Positions 12,259 to 22,558 of a stretch of DNA of 64,000 nucleotides are shown here, piece by piece. Positions within the stretch are counted from its first letter, which is position 1. Each line of letters begins with the position of its first letter. Under the pieces are notes generated by a model, which did not search any database, had not been told where the DNA came from, and saw only the letters and a list, made by a program, of their open reading frames with translations. The stretch spans positions 288,001 to 352,000 of the forward strand of contig CAWFAK010000008.1 of NCBI GenBank assembly GCA_963813715.1, written 5' to 3'. The translations under genes were made by a program, and so were the position numbers. Source of the DNA: an uncultured Planctomycetaceae bacterium. Lineage in GTDB: Bacteria; Planctomycetota; Planctomycetia; Planctomycetales; Planctomycetaceae.

Positions 12259-12570
12259 GTGAGGTGCTCCGGTGGGATCTCGTCAGGGCGGGCGGCTCGG
12301 GGGGAGCCGAAAAGTCAAACGCGGTGAATTCAAGCAGGCCCAGTTGGTGGAACCTGGCGGGCAGCTCCAATTGTAAGTGGCGGCGAGACTTGGCACCATC
12401 GCAGCGCGACTCCCGTGGCCGCAAATTGCGGCGTGAAATCTTTGACCCGCCACCGGTGCGGAGGCACGCCACGAAGGGCTTCGAATTGCGGGGCGCTCTG
12501 ATGCCTGCAAGAATCGGGCAGTGCGCGGACGGCACCGCCTTGTGAGTTGTGGTCGCGCCGCGCGGGGTTG

Positions 12571-12723
12571 AGGATTTTTCACCACAAAGACACGAAGACA
12601 CAAAGGAAGCTCAGCGGGAGATTAGGGGGCGAATAGAGAAAGGGTGGTCGGCCAAACCTCTTTGCCTCCTTTCTAAAATCTTGTCTTCCCTTAGTGCCTC
12701 GTGTCTTTGTGGTGAAAAATCCT
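12571..12723. repeat. 25-bp perfect inverted repeat (MITE/REP-like)
   Basis: aggatttttcaccacaaagacacga (12571-12595) and tcgtgtctttgtggtgaaaaatcct (12699-12723). Confidence 0.85.
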
Positions 12724-12802
12724 GTGAGCGCCTGCGGCGCGGGCGTGTCGCGCCTCGGTGTTCGTTCCGCAATAGTCCCTACACTCGCGAAAGCCCACCA
12801 AC

Positions 12803-14485
12803 TTGCTCCGCATCAAGGGAGGCAAAGTTTACGATCCGCGCAACGGCGTGCGCGGGGAAGTTCGCGATCTTTGGATCGCCGAGGGCCGCGTGGTTGTCGC
12901 GCCGACCGATCCGGCTGTGCGGGCCGATCGCACGATTGATGCTGCGGGCCTGGCCGTGATGCCGGGCGGCGTCGATATGCACTGTCATATCGCCGGGCCG
13001 AAGGTCAACATGGCCCGCAAGATGATGCCCGATCAGCGGCGCAGCTCACCGCCGCTACGCCGCACGCCACTCACCCGCTCGGGCACGGTCGGGGCCGTTC
13101 CCAGCACATTCGCCACCGGCTATCTGTACGCCGGGCTCGGCTACACGACGGCGTTCGACGCGGCCATCCCCCCGCTTTCGGCGCGACACGCCCACGAAGA
13201 ATTGCAGGACACGCCCCTGATCGACAAGGGCTTTTACGTCCTGATGGGCAACAACCATTACGTGATGGACTCGATCCAGCACGGCGAGCCCGCACGGCTC
13301 GAGGCTTACGTCGCCTGGCTGCTCGGGGCCGCCAAGGGTTACGCCGCCAAGCTGGTCAACCCGGGGGGCGTGGAGATCTGGAAGCAAACGGGACGCAACG
13401 CCACCGGCCTCGACGACACGGTCGAGCACTTCGCGGTCACGCCGCGGCAGATCATTCAAGGCGTCGCCCAAGCCGTGACGCAGCTCGGCTTGCCGCACGC
13501 GGTGCACATTCACTGCAACAACCTCGGCGTGCCGGGCAATTGGGCGACGACGCTCGAGACCATGAAGGCCCTGGAAGGTCGCCGCGGGCATCTCACGCAC
13601 GTGCAGTTTCACAGCTACGGCGGGGAGCCGGACGCGATGCGTTCGTTCTCTTCGGAAGTTCCGCGGCTGGCCGAGTACGTGAACACTCACGCCAATCTCA
13701 CGGTCGACGTCGGGCAAGTGCTGTTCGGCGAAACGACGTCAATGACCGGAGACGGCCCGCTCGGTCACTTCCTGCACAAGGTTACCGGCCGCAAATGGTT
13801 CAGTGGCGATACGGAAATGGAGACTGGATGCGGCATCGTGCCGATCGAATATAAGGACAAGAGCCTGGTGCACTCGGTGCAGTGGGCGGCGGGCCTCGAG
13901 TGGTATTTGCTGTTGGACGACCCGTGGCGGATCGCGATGAGCACTGATCACCCCAACGGGGCGTCGTTCCTGGCGTATCCGGAAATCATCGCCCTGTTGA
14001 TGGACCGCGGCCTGCGTCGCGACCTGCTCAAAACGCTGCCGGCCGACGTGCGGAAGCGGACGGTGCTCGACAGCCTCGAGCGCGAATATACGCTCGACGA
14101 GATTGCCATCATCACGCGGGCGGCGCCGGCACGGATTCTCGGCCTCGACCGTAAAGGCCATCTCGGACCGGGAGCGGACGCCGACGTCACGCTCTACAAT
14201 CCCTCGTCAGACATCGAGCGGATGTTCCAGTTGCCCCGGTACGTGATTCATGCGGGCGAAGTCGTCGTGGAAGACGGCGAAATCCGCAGTACGCTTAACG
14301 GGCGGCTGTTCCACGTCGCGCCCGAGTATGATGAATCGCTGGTGCCTCACATTCGCGATTGGTTCGAGCGTTACTACACAATCCAGTTCGGCAACTATCC
14401 GGTCGGCGACCACGAGTTGCACGACCACGAAGCGATCCCCACGGGGCAAACGAGCAGACCCGCTAACCAGACCCACCTGAGCTGA
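12803..14485 (+). CDS. fhcA: Formylmethanofuran dehydrogenase / formyltransferase-hydrolase complex subunit A
   Basis: Amidohydrolase motifs DMHCHIAG, KLVNPGG, HIHCNNLG, HLTHVQFHSY, GCGIVP, STDHPNG, EYTLDEIAIITRAAPA. Confidence 0.93.
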   Translation: MLRIKGGKVYDPRNGVRGEVRDLWIAEGRVVVAPTDPAVRADRTIDAAGLAVMPGGVDMHCHIAGPKVNMARKMMPDQRRSSPPLRRTPLTRSGTVGAVPSTFATGYLYAGLGYTTAFDAAIPPLSARHAHEELQDTPLIDKGFYVLMGNNHYVMDSIQHGEPARLEAYVAWLLGAAKGYAAKLVNPGGVEIWKQTGRNATGLDDTVEHFAVTPRQIIQGVAQAVTQLGLPHAVHIHCNNLGVPGNWATTLETMKALEGRRGHLTHVQFHSYGGEPDAMRSFSSEVPRLAEYVNTHANLTVDVGQVLFGETTSMTGDGPLGHFLHKVTGRKWFSGDTEMETGCGIVPIEYKDKSLVHSVQWAAGLEWYLLLDDPWRIAMSTDHPNGASFLAYPEIIALLMDRGLRRDLLKTLPADVRKRTVLDSLEREYTLDEIAIITRAAPARILGLDRKGHLGPGADADVTLYNPSSDIERMFQLPRYVIHAGEVVVEDGEIRSTLNGRLFHVAPEYDESLVPHIRDWFERYYTIQFGNYPVGDHELHDHEAIPTGQTSRPANQTHLS

Positions 14486-14491
14486 ATCCAT

Positions 14492-15140
14492 ATGAGCTGC
14501 CACGAAGATCTTGACCGAGTCTTGAAGACCGGCATCGTCGCCATCCTCCGCGCACCGACGGGCGACCAATTGGCCGGCGTGGCCCGTGCCCTGTTCGAGG
14601 GAGGCATCGACATCATCGAAGTCACCTTCACGGTTCCCAACGCGCTCGAGAGTCTGGCTGCGGTGAAAATGGATCTCGGCAGCCGCGTCTTGCTGGGGAT
14701 GGGCACCGTGCTCGATCCCGAGTCGGCCCGCGCGGCCCTGTTGGCGGGGGCCGAGTTCGTCGTCGCCCCTTCGCTCAACCTCGACGTGATCCGCCTCTGC
14801 CATCGGTACGACAAGCTGATGATGCCGGGCGCGTTCACGCCGACGGAGATTCTGACGGCCTGGGAAGCGGGGGCGGACATCGTGAAAGTCTTTCCGTCGG
14901 ACTGCGTGGGCCCCGGCTACGTCAAAGCTCTGAAAGGGCCCTTCCCGCAAATCCGCCTGATGCCCACTGGCGGCGTCAATTTGGAAACGCTGCCGGCGTT
15001 CATCAAGGCGGGGGCCTGCGCAGTTGGGGGTCGGCGGCTCCCTGGCCGACATCCAGGCCATTCGCGAAGGGAACTTCGCTAAACTCCGCGACTCGGCCGC
15101 GCAGTATGTGCAGGCCCTGAAGGCGGCGCGAGGCGCTTAG
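14492..15140 (+). CDS. eda: KDPG/KHG aldolase (frameshift near 15027)
   Basis: IVAILR, IEVT, GTVLD, PGAFTPTEI, VKVFP, MPTGGV; continues VGVGGSL...ARGA* in the shifted frame. Confidence 0.88.
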
Positions 15141-15373
15141 GGCCCGCTCGAATCCGGCCTTCTCTTCGGGCTAACTTGAGCCGAACTGCCCAAAATCGGC
15201 AGGATTCGCGCTTTCAAAGTCGAGCAATCGGGTTAAAAACCCCGCAGAGTCGACAAATTCGCTCCAGGTGGTCCGGTCCCATAGTCGATCTAACGCGCGA
15301 ATGGGGCCGAGTGCGCGCAGTCCCCGCATGCGGCCGACACCTGGGAACTACTGACTTGCGGGAGCAGCTCGAC

Positions 15374-15877
15374 ATGGCCCGGCTCGGCCCAATCAAGTTC
15401 TCGCCAACCATGACGGTGGCGGTCTGGCAAATCGCAATCGTTGCCTGCGTTCTCTTGTCGGCTTGCGACTCGCGCGGCGACTCCTGGCCTGCGGTGAGCA
15501 AAGAGGGTCAGGGAGTGGCCTGGTTCCACGACCTGTACGAGGCCCATCGCCTTTCGGCGGCCACAGGCAAGCCGATGTTGATCGTCTTCGGGGCCGAGTG
15601 GTGCCATTACTGCCGGGAACTCGAAACGACGACGCTGAAAAATCCGGACATCGTCAGCTATATCTCGACCAACTTCGTGCCGGTCCATTTGGATGCCGAC
15701 AAAGACGTCCGCGTGGCCACGATCCTCAAGGCGAAGCCGATCCCGTGCAGCGTGGTGCTCAGCCCCGATGCCGAGCTGATGGGCCGCTCGTTTGGCTACC
15801 TCGACGCGCAGCACTATTACGTCGAGCTGGAAAAGATGCGGCAACGCTACGTCAAGCTGGCGCACCACAGCAAGTAA
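15374..15877 (+). CDS. Exported thioredoxin-family lipoprotein
   Basis: LSAC lipobox-like sequence; GKPMLIVFGAEWCHYC. Confidence 0.8.
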   Translation: MARLGPIKFSPTMTVAVWQIAIVACVLLSACDSRGDSWPAVSKEGQGVAWFHDLYEAHRLSAATGKPMLIVFGAEWCHYCRELETTTLKNPDIVSYISTNFVPVHLDADKDVRVATILKAKPIPCSVVLSPDAELMGRSFGYLDAQHYYVELEKMRQRYVKLAHHSK

Positions 15878-16156
15878 CTCGGTGAACGCCACGTAAGCTG
15901 ACGGGCGCACCGCGGCACGACCCGGCCTCTGTTCTTCTTGGACTGCCCTCGCGGAAACCGTTCTGCGCAGGCTGACGAGAGGCTTGGCGGCGGGAGGTTG
16001 CCCGTCCGGCGAGTTCGCACGCAACAGACCGCGGATTCCCACTTTACGCGTGCATGACGGGCTGCGCTGCTTTACTGTCAGATCTGTCGAGCGTTCGTCG
16101 CGCAGGGCCAAGCCGGTGGCCGACGGGGGCGACGGCGAGTCCGCAGGGAACCCGGG

Positions 16157-16588
16157 ATGCAAATCTTCAATCCGTTTGATCACCAATATTGGCTGCAGAT
16201 CGGCGTTGCCATCATTTGCGGCGCAATGATCGGCGTCGAACGCGAGCTCCGCGGCAAGCCGACCGGCATGCGGACCTGCATTTTGATCGTGCTGGGCACG
16301 GCCATCTTCGTGAAGCTGGGCGCAGTCATGGGCAACGAGCGGGGCGACGCAACCCGCGTGCTGGGCCAGGTGGTAACCGGGATCGGATTTCTGGGCGCGG
16401 GCGTGATCATGTCCCGCGGCGACGTGATCATCGGCGTGACGACGGCCAGCGTTGTCTGGGTGCTGGCGGCCATCGGTGCGCTGATCGGAGCCGGGGAATT
16501 CGCCGGCGCCGTCACGATGGCGATCGTCACGGTCGCCTGCCTGACCGTGTTCGATTATTTGGAGCGGTGGATTCAAAAACACCGTTGA
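16157..16588 (+). CDS. MgtC/SapB family membrane protein
   Basis: IGVERE..GKPTGMRT, RVLGQVVTGIGFLGAG, GVTTASVVW. Confidence 0.9.
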   Translation: MQIFNPFDHQYWLQIGVAIICGAMIGVERELRGKPTGMRTCILIVLGTAIFVKLGAVMGNERGDATRVLGQVVTGIGFLGAGVIMSRGDVIIGVTTASVVWVLAAIGALIGAGEFAGAVTMAIVTVACLTVFDYLERWIQKHR

Positions 16589-16613
16589 CGGGTCATGTCC
16601 GGCTGGCTAGAGT
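16585..16613 (+). promoter_or_regulatory. Putative sigma-70 promoter for the DinB-family gene
   Basis: TTGACG-N17-TAGAGT. Confidence 0.4.
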
Positions 16614-16669
16614 ACGATACGTTTGTATAGTTACGCAGTTCGATGCTTCAGCGACACCAGGAGTGGATC

Positions 16670-17179
16670 ATGCCGATCAGCCAGGCTCTATTGCCGGAAT
16701 TTGACCAGGAAATGGCCAATACGCGCAAGGTTTTGGAGCGCATTCCCGAGGACAAGCTCGATTGGAAAGCCCATCCGAAGTCGAACACCATCGGCTGGGT
16801 GAGCAAGCACCTGGCCGACCTGCCGAGTTGGGCCGAGCATACCCTCAAGGAGGAGTCTTTGGACATCGCGCCGGTCGGCGGCCCTGCGTTCCAATTGCCC
16901 GAGGCCAAAACGAAGGCGGCGATTCTCGCGCTGTTCGATAAAAACATCGCCGGCGCACGGGAAGCGATCAGTGCCGCCTCCGACGCCGACTTTATGAAGA
17001 CCTGGACGCTGCTCAAGGGCGGCCAGAAGCTCTTCGCGATGCCGCGGGTCGCTGTGGTGCGGAGCATGGTGATGAACCACATGATCCACCACCGCGCACA
17101 CTTGTGCGTCTACCTGCGGCTCAACAACGTGCCCGTGCCGGCGCTCTATGGACCGTCGGGGGACGAAGCGGCGTTTTAG
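16670..17179 (+). CDS. DinB family protein
   Basis: AGGAG RBS; TRKVLERIPEDKLDWKAHPKS, NHMIHHRAHLCVYLRL, YGPSGDE. Confidence 0.88.
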   Translation: MPISQALLPEFDQEMANTRKVLERIPEDKLDWKAHPKSNTIGWVSKHLADLPSWAEHTLKEESLDIAPVGGPAFQLPEAKTKAAILALFDKNIAGAREAISAASDADFMKTWTLLKGGQKLFAMPRVAVVRSMVMNHMIHHRAHLCVYLRLNNVPVPALYGPSGDEAAF

Positions 17180-17198
17180 CGCTCGCATTGCGCGGTGA

Positions 17199-18389
17199 TC
17201 AAACGAGTCCATCTTCTGACTGAATCGGATGTTGCGCCAGCAGGCGCCGCGCGATGATCAGGTGTTGGAGCTCATTGGTGCCGCCGCCGATCATGAGGAG
17301 GGGCGCGTCCCGGTAGATCGCGCTCGACCGGTAAATCGGTCGAGTAGCCGGCGCCCCGTGAATTCGCAGTGACTCGAGCGCGACGAACTGGGCGGTCTCG
17401 GTCGCGAAGAGTTTGGCCATCGCCGCTTCCAGGTCGCAGCGCTCGCCGCGGTCCTTTTTCTGCGCGGCCGAAACGACCAGCAGTCGCGAGGCCTCGATTC
17501 GCGTGGCCATCTCGGCCAGCTTGATTTGAATCGTCTGGTGTTCGCAGATCGGCTTGCCGAAGGTTTCGCGTTTTTGCGAGTAGGCAAGCGCATCTTCAAA
17601 CGCGGCGCGGGCCACGCCGACGCCGCGGGCCGCCACATTGATTCGCTCGCTCTCGAGCCCGGTCATAATCTGCTTGAAGCCGGCGCCCTCGACGCCGCCG
17701 ATCAGGTTGGCGGCCGGGACGAAAAAATTCTCGAACGCCAGCTCGCAATTCTCGACGCCGCGGTAACCGAGCGTGTCGATCTCGCGGACGACGCGGAATC
17801 CCGGTCCCCCTTTTTCGATCACGAAAGCCGAAATCGCCTCGCGGGGCGATTGTGCGTCCGCGCTCGTTTTGGCGGCGAGCACGAACGTGTCGCCGCGCTT
17901 GCCGTTCGTGATCCACATCTTCGACCCGTTGATGAGATAGCCGTCGCCGTGGCGGGTCGCCGTCGTGCGGAGACGTTTGACGTCGGTGCCAGCGTCCGCC
18001 TCCGTCAGGGCCAGACCGCCGCGCCGCGCTCCGGACGCGAGCCCGGGCAGAAACGTGCGCTGCTGCTCGTCGGTGCCGAAGCGATGGATGATGTCGCAGA
18101 TCACCGAGTGCGTGCCGAGCGGGCCGACGATACTCATCCAGCCGCGGGCCAGCTCCTCGATGATCGCCGCGAACGTCGTGTAGTCGAGTCCCAGCCCGCC
18201 GAAGTCGCGAGGGACGTTGCAGCCGAACAGGCCGAGCCGCTTGAAGCCTTCCACGATCTGCGCCGGATACTCGTCGGCGTGTTCCAGCCGAGTGGCAACC
18301 GGCAGGACTTCGTCCTTCACGAATCGGCGGACGCGGTCGATGAGCGCGTGATCGACGGGCGCTTGTTTGTCGGGTGCTGGCATGTTCAT
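17199..18389 (-). CDS. Acyl-CoA dehydrogenase (local compensating indels near 17320-17355)
   Basis: ALTEADAGTD, NGSKMWITNG, ERINVAA, RETFGKPI, AMAKLFATE, GGGTNE. Confidence 0.9.
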   Translation of the reverse strand: MNMPAPDKQAPVDHALIDRVRRFVKDEVLPVATRLEHADEYPAQIVEGFKRLGLFGCNVPRDFGGLGLDYTTFAAIIEELARGWMSIVGPLGTHSVICDIIHRFGTDEQQRTFLPGLASGARRGGLALTEADAGTDVKRLRTTATRHGDGYLINGSKMWITNGKRGDTFVLAAKTSADAQSPREAISAFVIEKGGPGFRVVREIDTLGYRGVENCELAFENFFVPAANLIGGVEGAGFKQIMTGLESERINVAARGVGVARAAFEDALAYSQKRETFGKPICEHQTIQIKLAEMATRIEASRLLVVSAAQKKDRGERCDLEAAMAKLFATETAQFVALESLRIHGAPATRPIYRSSAIYRDAPLLMIGGGTNELQHLIIARRLLAQHPIQSEDGLV

Positions 18390-18477
18390 CGCTGGCGATG
18401 CGAGACGTTTTGGCGGAAGATGCGGAAACCGCCCGACCCTGGAACCGAGCAACTCAAAACAGCGCGTCCAGTTTAGC

Positions 18478-19633
18478 ATGACACAGCAACGTTCAGCGGA
18501 AGTTCATGCGGTGGCCGCGCCGAGCGTCTACGACCGGCTCGGCGTAAAAACGGTCATCAACGCAGCCGGCACGCTGACGACGTTGGGCGGTTCGTTGATG
18601 CCGCCAGAGGTCTTGGCGGCCCTCACGTCGGCTGCGCAGCACTTCGTCGATCTCGAGGAGCTGCAGACCCGAATCGGCGAGCGAATCGCCGCGCTGATCG
18701 GCGTCGAGGCGGCCCTCGTGACGACGGGTGCGGCGGGCGCCATGCTGCTGGGCACCGCCGCGGCCGTGACGCGTGGCGACCGAGAGCGCATCGCCCGGCT
18801 GCCCGATACGACGGGCATGCCGAACGAAGTTCTCACGCAAAAGTCGCATCATACGGGCTACGACCACCAGGTCACCGGTTGCGGCGTGCGGCTTGTCGAC
18901 GTCGAGACGCGAGAGGAGTTAGAGCGGGCGATCAGCGAGCGAACTGCACTCATGCTCTTCTACAACCTGCTCGAGCCAAACGGGCAGATTACGAAGGAGG
19001 AGTGGATCGAGGTCGCCCACCGCCGCGGCATTCCGACGCTCGTCGACGCGGCCGCCGACGTCCCGCCGCTCGAGGCTCTTTCGCGTTACAACCGACTCGG
19101 CTTCGACCTGGTGGCGATCAGCGGGGGCAAAGCGCTCTCCGGCCCGAGCAACACCGGACTGCTGCTGGGCAAGCGCGACTTGATCGCGGCAGCTCGGCTC
19201 AACGCGAGTCCCAATTGCGGCACGATCGGCCGCATGCTCAAGGTCAGCAAGGAAGATATGGTCGCGCTTTGGGCGGCCGTCGAGCGCTATTTCCGTCTGG
19301 ACCATGCGGCCGAGCTGCGCGAGTGGGAGCGACGCCTGACGGAAATTGAAAAATCGCTGGGCGGCATTCCGACCGTGACGACGCAGCGATTCGTCCCGCC
19401 GATCGCTAACCACGTGCCCCACCTCTTGGTCTTCTGGGACGAGATCCGCATTCCGCCTCAATCACGACCAGGTGACGCGAAAGATGGCCGAGGGGGAACG
19501 GCCCATCGCGCTCGGGCGTGTCAGCGGCACAGGCGACCGGGGACTGTTGATTTCGGTGTTTCAGCTCAAGCCGGGCGAAGAGCTGATCGTCGGCAATCGG
19601 CTGGCCGAAATCCTGAAAGAGTCGACCGTCTGA
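18478..19633 (+). CDS. SelA-like / DgaE-family PLP-dependent enzyme (frameshift near 19455)
   Basis: VINAAGTLTTLGGS, LVDAAA, SGGKALSGP (PLP Lys), GRMLKVSKE. Confidence 0.82.
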
Positions 19634-19692
19634 CGTTGGCGAATGGACGAGCGAACGCGGATCGTTGCCGAGGGGCGTCTCGATCGCGCGAG

Positions 19693-20433
19693 CTAATCTT
19701 CGATCTTCACGATCTGATCGAAGTGCGTCAGCTCGAGCACTTCGCGGACGTCAGTCGACGGATGGCGTACCGTGACCGCGACGCCTCGCCTGGTGATCGA
19801 GGCGAGCACTCCCAGAAAGCCGCTGGGAATGATCAGTACGTCCTCCATATCGAACGCCAGCTCATGGCTGCCGGTGCGGTCGAGCAGCTCGCCGATTTCG
19901 CCCAGGTAGCGGCCCAGTACATGGTCCGGTGGTAGATCGCGTCCGCCGAACCCGATCACCAACGTCGGCTCGGTCTGCAGCACTTCGAGGCGGTGCGTCT
20001 GATCCGCGGCGGGTTGCGCCAAGATTTTCGCTTCGCGGCGCTCGGCGGCGGTGGCCGTGCTGGCTGCGGTCCGCATCGCTTGCATGGCTTGCTCGCGCGT
20101 CGCGAAGACCGGCCACAGCACATTGAGCTTGGCCTTGCGGAGAATCTCCTGTCCCACCTCCGAGAGGTTGCACAGCGCCATGCCGGCCCCGCATTCGCGG
20201 GCATGCTTCCAAGCCATGCACAAGGTGTCGAGCAGCAGCGAGCCGAAGTATTCAACGTGGGCGAAGTCGACCACGATCGAGCGCACCTCCGGGTCGCGGA
20301 TTTTGTCGACCAGGGCCGCCCGATCGACAGCGAATTCCGGACCGGCGAGGCTCCGCACGCCGCCGCTGGGCAGTGCAATCAGCGTGTCTCCGGCGCGCTC
20401 CGTGGCGAAGTATTTGGTGGGATTCGTGCTCAT
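19693..20433 (-). CDS. Tandem STAS-domain protein (anti-sigma factor antagonist-like)
   Basis: VVDFAHVEYFGSLLL and FDMEDVLIIPSGFLGVL...VREVLELTHFD. Confidence 0.8.
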   Translation of the reverse strand: MSTNPTKYFATERAGDTLIALPSGGVRSLAGPEFAVDRAALVDKIRDPEVRSIVVDFAHVEYFGSLLLDTLCMAWKHARECGAGMALCNLSEVGQEILRKAKLNVLWPVFATREQAMQAMRTAASTATAAERREAKILAQPAADQTHRLEVLQTEPTLVIGFGGRDLPPDHVLGRYLGEIGELLDRTGSHELAFDMEDVLIIPSGFLGVLASITRRGVAVTVRHPSTDVREVLELTHFDQIVKIED

Positions 20434-20896
20434 GCCGCTCGTCTCGAGATGGTGTCAGCCAGCCGCCGGCCTGCCGCACTCACAGTCGCAGCGCGACGGA
20501 AGCCCTGCCAGCTTACGCCAGCGGCTCTCCAATAAACATGGGTTGCTCATCAGAATCTTGTCCGAGTGTCTGCAACCGCTAACTTCGGCTGTCGTCGTCT
20601 GAACGACACAACAGGTCGCGGTCAACAGACGTCTCGGAGCGGCGGCGCCGGAAGCCCACCAGTGCGCAAAAACCTCCCGGTTTTTCCAGTCGGCGAATTG
20701 CCGTCCGACCGGGCACATTTCCCGTCCTGGTTCGTGCCCCAAAGCTGTGGGCCCCGCGGCCTTCGGGCCATGTTATCACGGGGCCAACCCGATCTTCCGC
20801 TAAATGGCGAATTTCGCTACCGTCCGCACCCATTCTCGCCGAGCGGAATCGGCCGAGGCCCAAGCAGTAAGCGATTGGAGTGAAGGAGAGTCCGAG

Positions 20897-22417
20897 ATGA
20901 GGGAGCGTCGTCTTGTCGGAGTGTCCCTGGCCAGCGGGGTGCTCCTCTTAATGGTGTTGACGTTCTGGGGACCGTGGGCTTCGGCCCAGGACTTCCAGGG
21001 GAATCAAACGACTCAGGCCGGCGGAGGCCCCGAATTCTCGCAGCGCCCGGCGCGCCCGAGGCCCAAGGGACCCCCGGTGCCGCCGAGGGGCAACAGCCGT
21101 CCGATCCGAATACCGAAGTGCTGACGAAGGGGGCCATTCACGAGGCCTTCGCGCAGCCCGTCGTCTTTAACTCGGCTCCGGGAGCCGTCGTTGCTCAAAA
21201 GCCGCCGGAGCCGGTCGACGAAATGCCGCCCGAGCAGAAGCCGGCCGGCGATCACGTCGCTTGGATCCCCGGCTACTGGAGCTGGGAAGGCGATCAGAAC
21301 AAATTCATCTGGACCAGCGGCATTTGGCGGCTCCATTCCGGCGGGCGTCGAATGGGTGCCCGGTTACTGGCAGCAGGTTGATTCCGGTTCTCAGTTCGTC
21401 TCCGGCTACTGGCGGAAGACGGCCGAGCAGGAAGTCACCTACATGCCGCAGAAGCCGCCCGATACGCTCGAGACGGGGCCGGTCGGAGCGGCGCCCTCGG
21501 CCAACGTAGTCTGGATTCCCGGCTGCTGGGTCTGGCGCGGCACGCACTACGCCTGGCGCGCGGGCTTCTGGGCACCGTGCAATCCCGACTGGATTTGGGT
21601 TCCGGCGCACTACGTCTGGACCCCCTCGGGCTACCTGTTTGTCGAGGGGCACTGGGACTACGCGATGCAGAATCGCGGAGTGTTCTTCGCCCCGGTCGTC
21701 TTCCGGCCCGGGATCGTCTGGGGCGCCGGCTACGTCTACTCGCCGGCGATCGCCATGGATTTCGGCGCGTGCCAGGGCTGCATGTTCTGCGGCCCATGCG
21801 GTTACTGCTTCGGCAACTACTACGGCCCGGCCTTTGTGGGCGTCGGCATCTATCCCTGGTTCGAATGGCATCATCGCTACGGTTACGACCCGTGCTTCGC
21901 GTACTGCAGCTGGCACTACGGACCGGGTTGGCGTGAGCGCTGTGTCGTCGATTACCGCTTCCGCATCGGACACCCCGAGGCTCGGCCGCCCGTCACCTTC
22001 GCTCTGATGGTTCGCGGCGGCGGTTGGGGTGGTCCGGCCCTGGCCTTGCACATCAACGTGCTGGCCGCGCGGGGCGGCGGTATGCGATTCGAGCGGCTGG
22101 CCGCGGCGCGACGGGCCGAGATTCATCGCGCCGTCCGCGAGCAGCACGTCGCCAACGAACGGCGGGCGGCTGAGGAGCGGCGCAACGCCGGCCACGGCGC
22201 TCCGTTCAAGTCGGCCGCACCGCACTCGGCGCTGCAGGCCAACGCTCGCGCAGCGGCGGAGCGCAACGCCGCGGCGGGCGGGCGTTCGACCTCGGCGGCG
22301 CGGACCACGACGCAGAACTCGCGTCAGCAGCCACAACAGAAGAAAGCACCGCCGAAACCGGCGGCTCGCGGCCGAACTCCGCAAGCCGGTGGATCGTCCT
22401 CGAACGACCGACGGTAG
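20897..22417 (+). CDS. Secreted YXWGXW (WxxGxW) repeat protein (frameshifts near 21050-21100 and 21330)
   Basis: AAGGAG RBS and signal peptide; repeats WIPGYW, WTSGIW, WVPGYW, WIPGCW, WRAGFW, FVEGHW. Confidence 0.8.
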
Positions 22418-22558
22418 CTATTTCGCTTTGATCGAAACGAATCTGGCGAGCGGCACGTGTGAGCGTGCCGGTTCTCACGCGAAGAGAACCGGCCGGCTGA
22501 CACCGGCCGCTCGCCAGTTTTTTGCGCAGGGCCCGGGCAGCGGTTTGGCCGGCGCCGG

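Noticed and set aside
12390..12406. Sigma-54 site upstream of fhcA (TGGCACCATCGCAGCG)
   Set aside because: Spacing fits, but the -12 element is poor and it lies about 400 bp away, beyond the inverted repeat.
12803..14485. Evidence of methanogenesis or archaeal contamination
   Set aside because: fhcA homologues are a normal part of planctomycete C1-transfer gene sets, and the neighbouring genes are bacterial.
15880..16156. Mg2+ (M-box) riboswitch upstream of the MgtC-family gene
   Set aside because: I could not find the conserved M-box sequence elements by eye.
18478..19633. True selenocysteine synthase SelA
   Set aside because: Shorter, lacks the SelA N-terminal domain, and has no selB/selC/selD nearby; it fits the SelA-like/DgaE family better.
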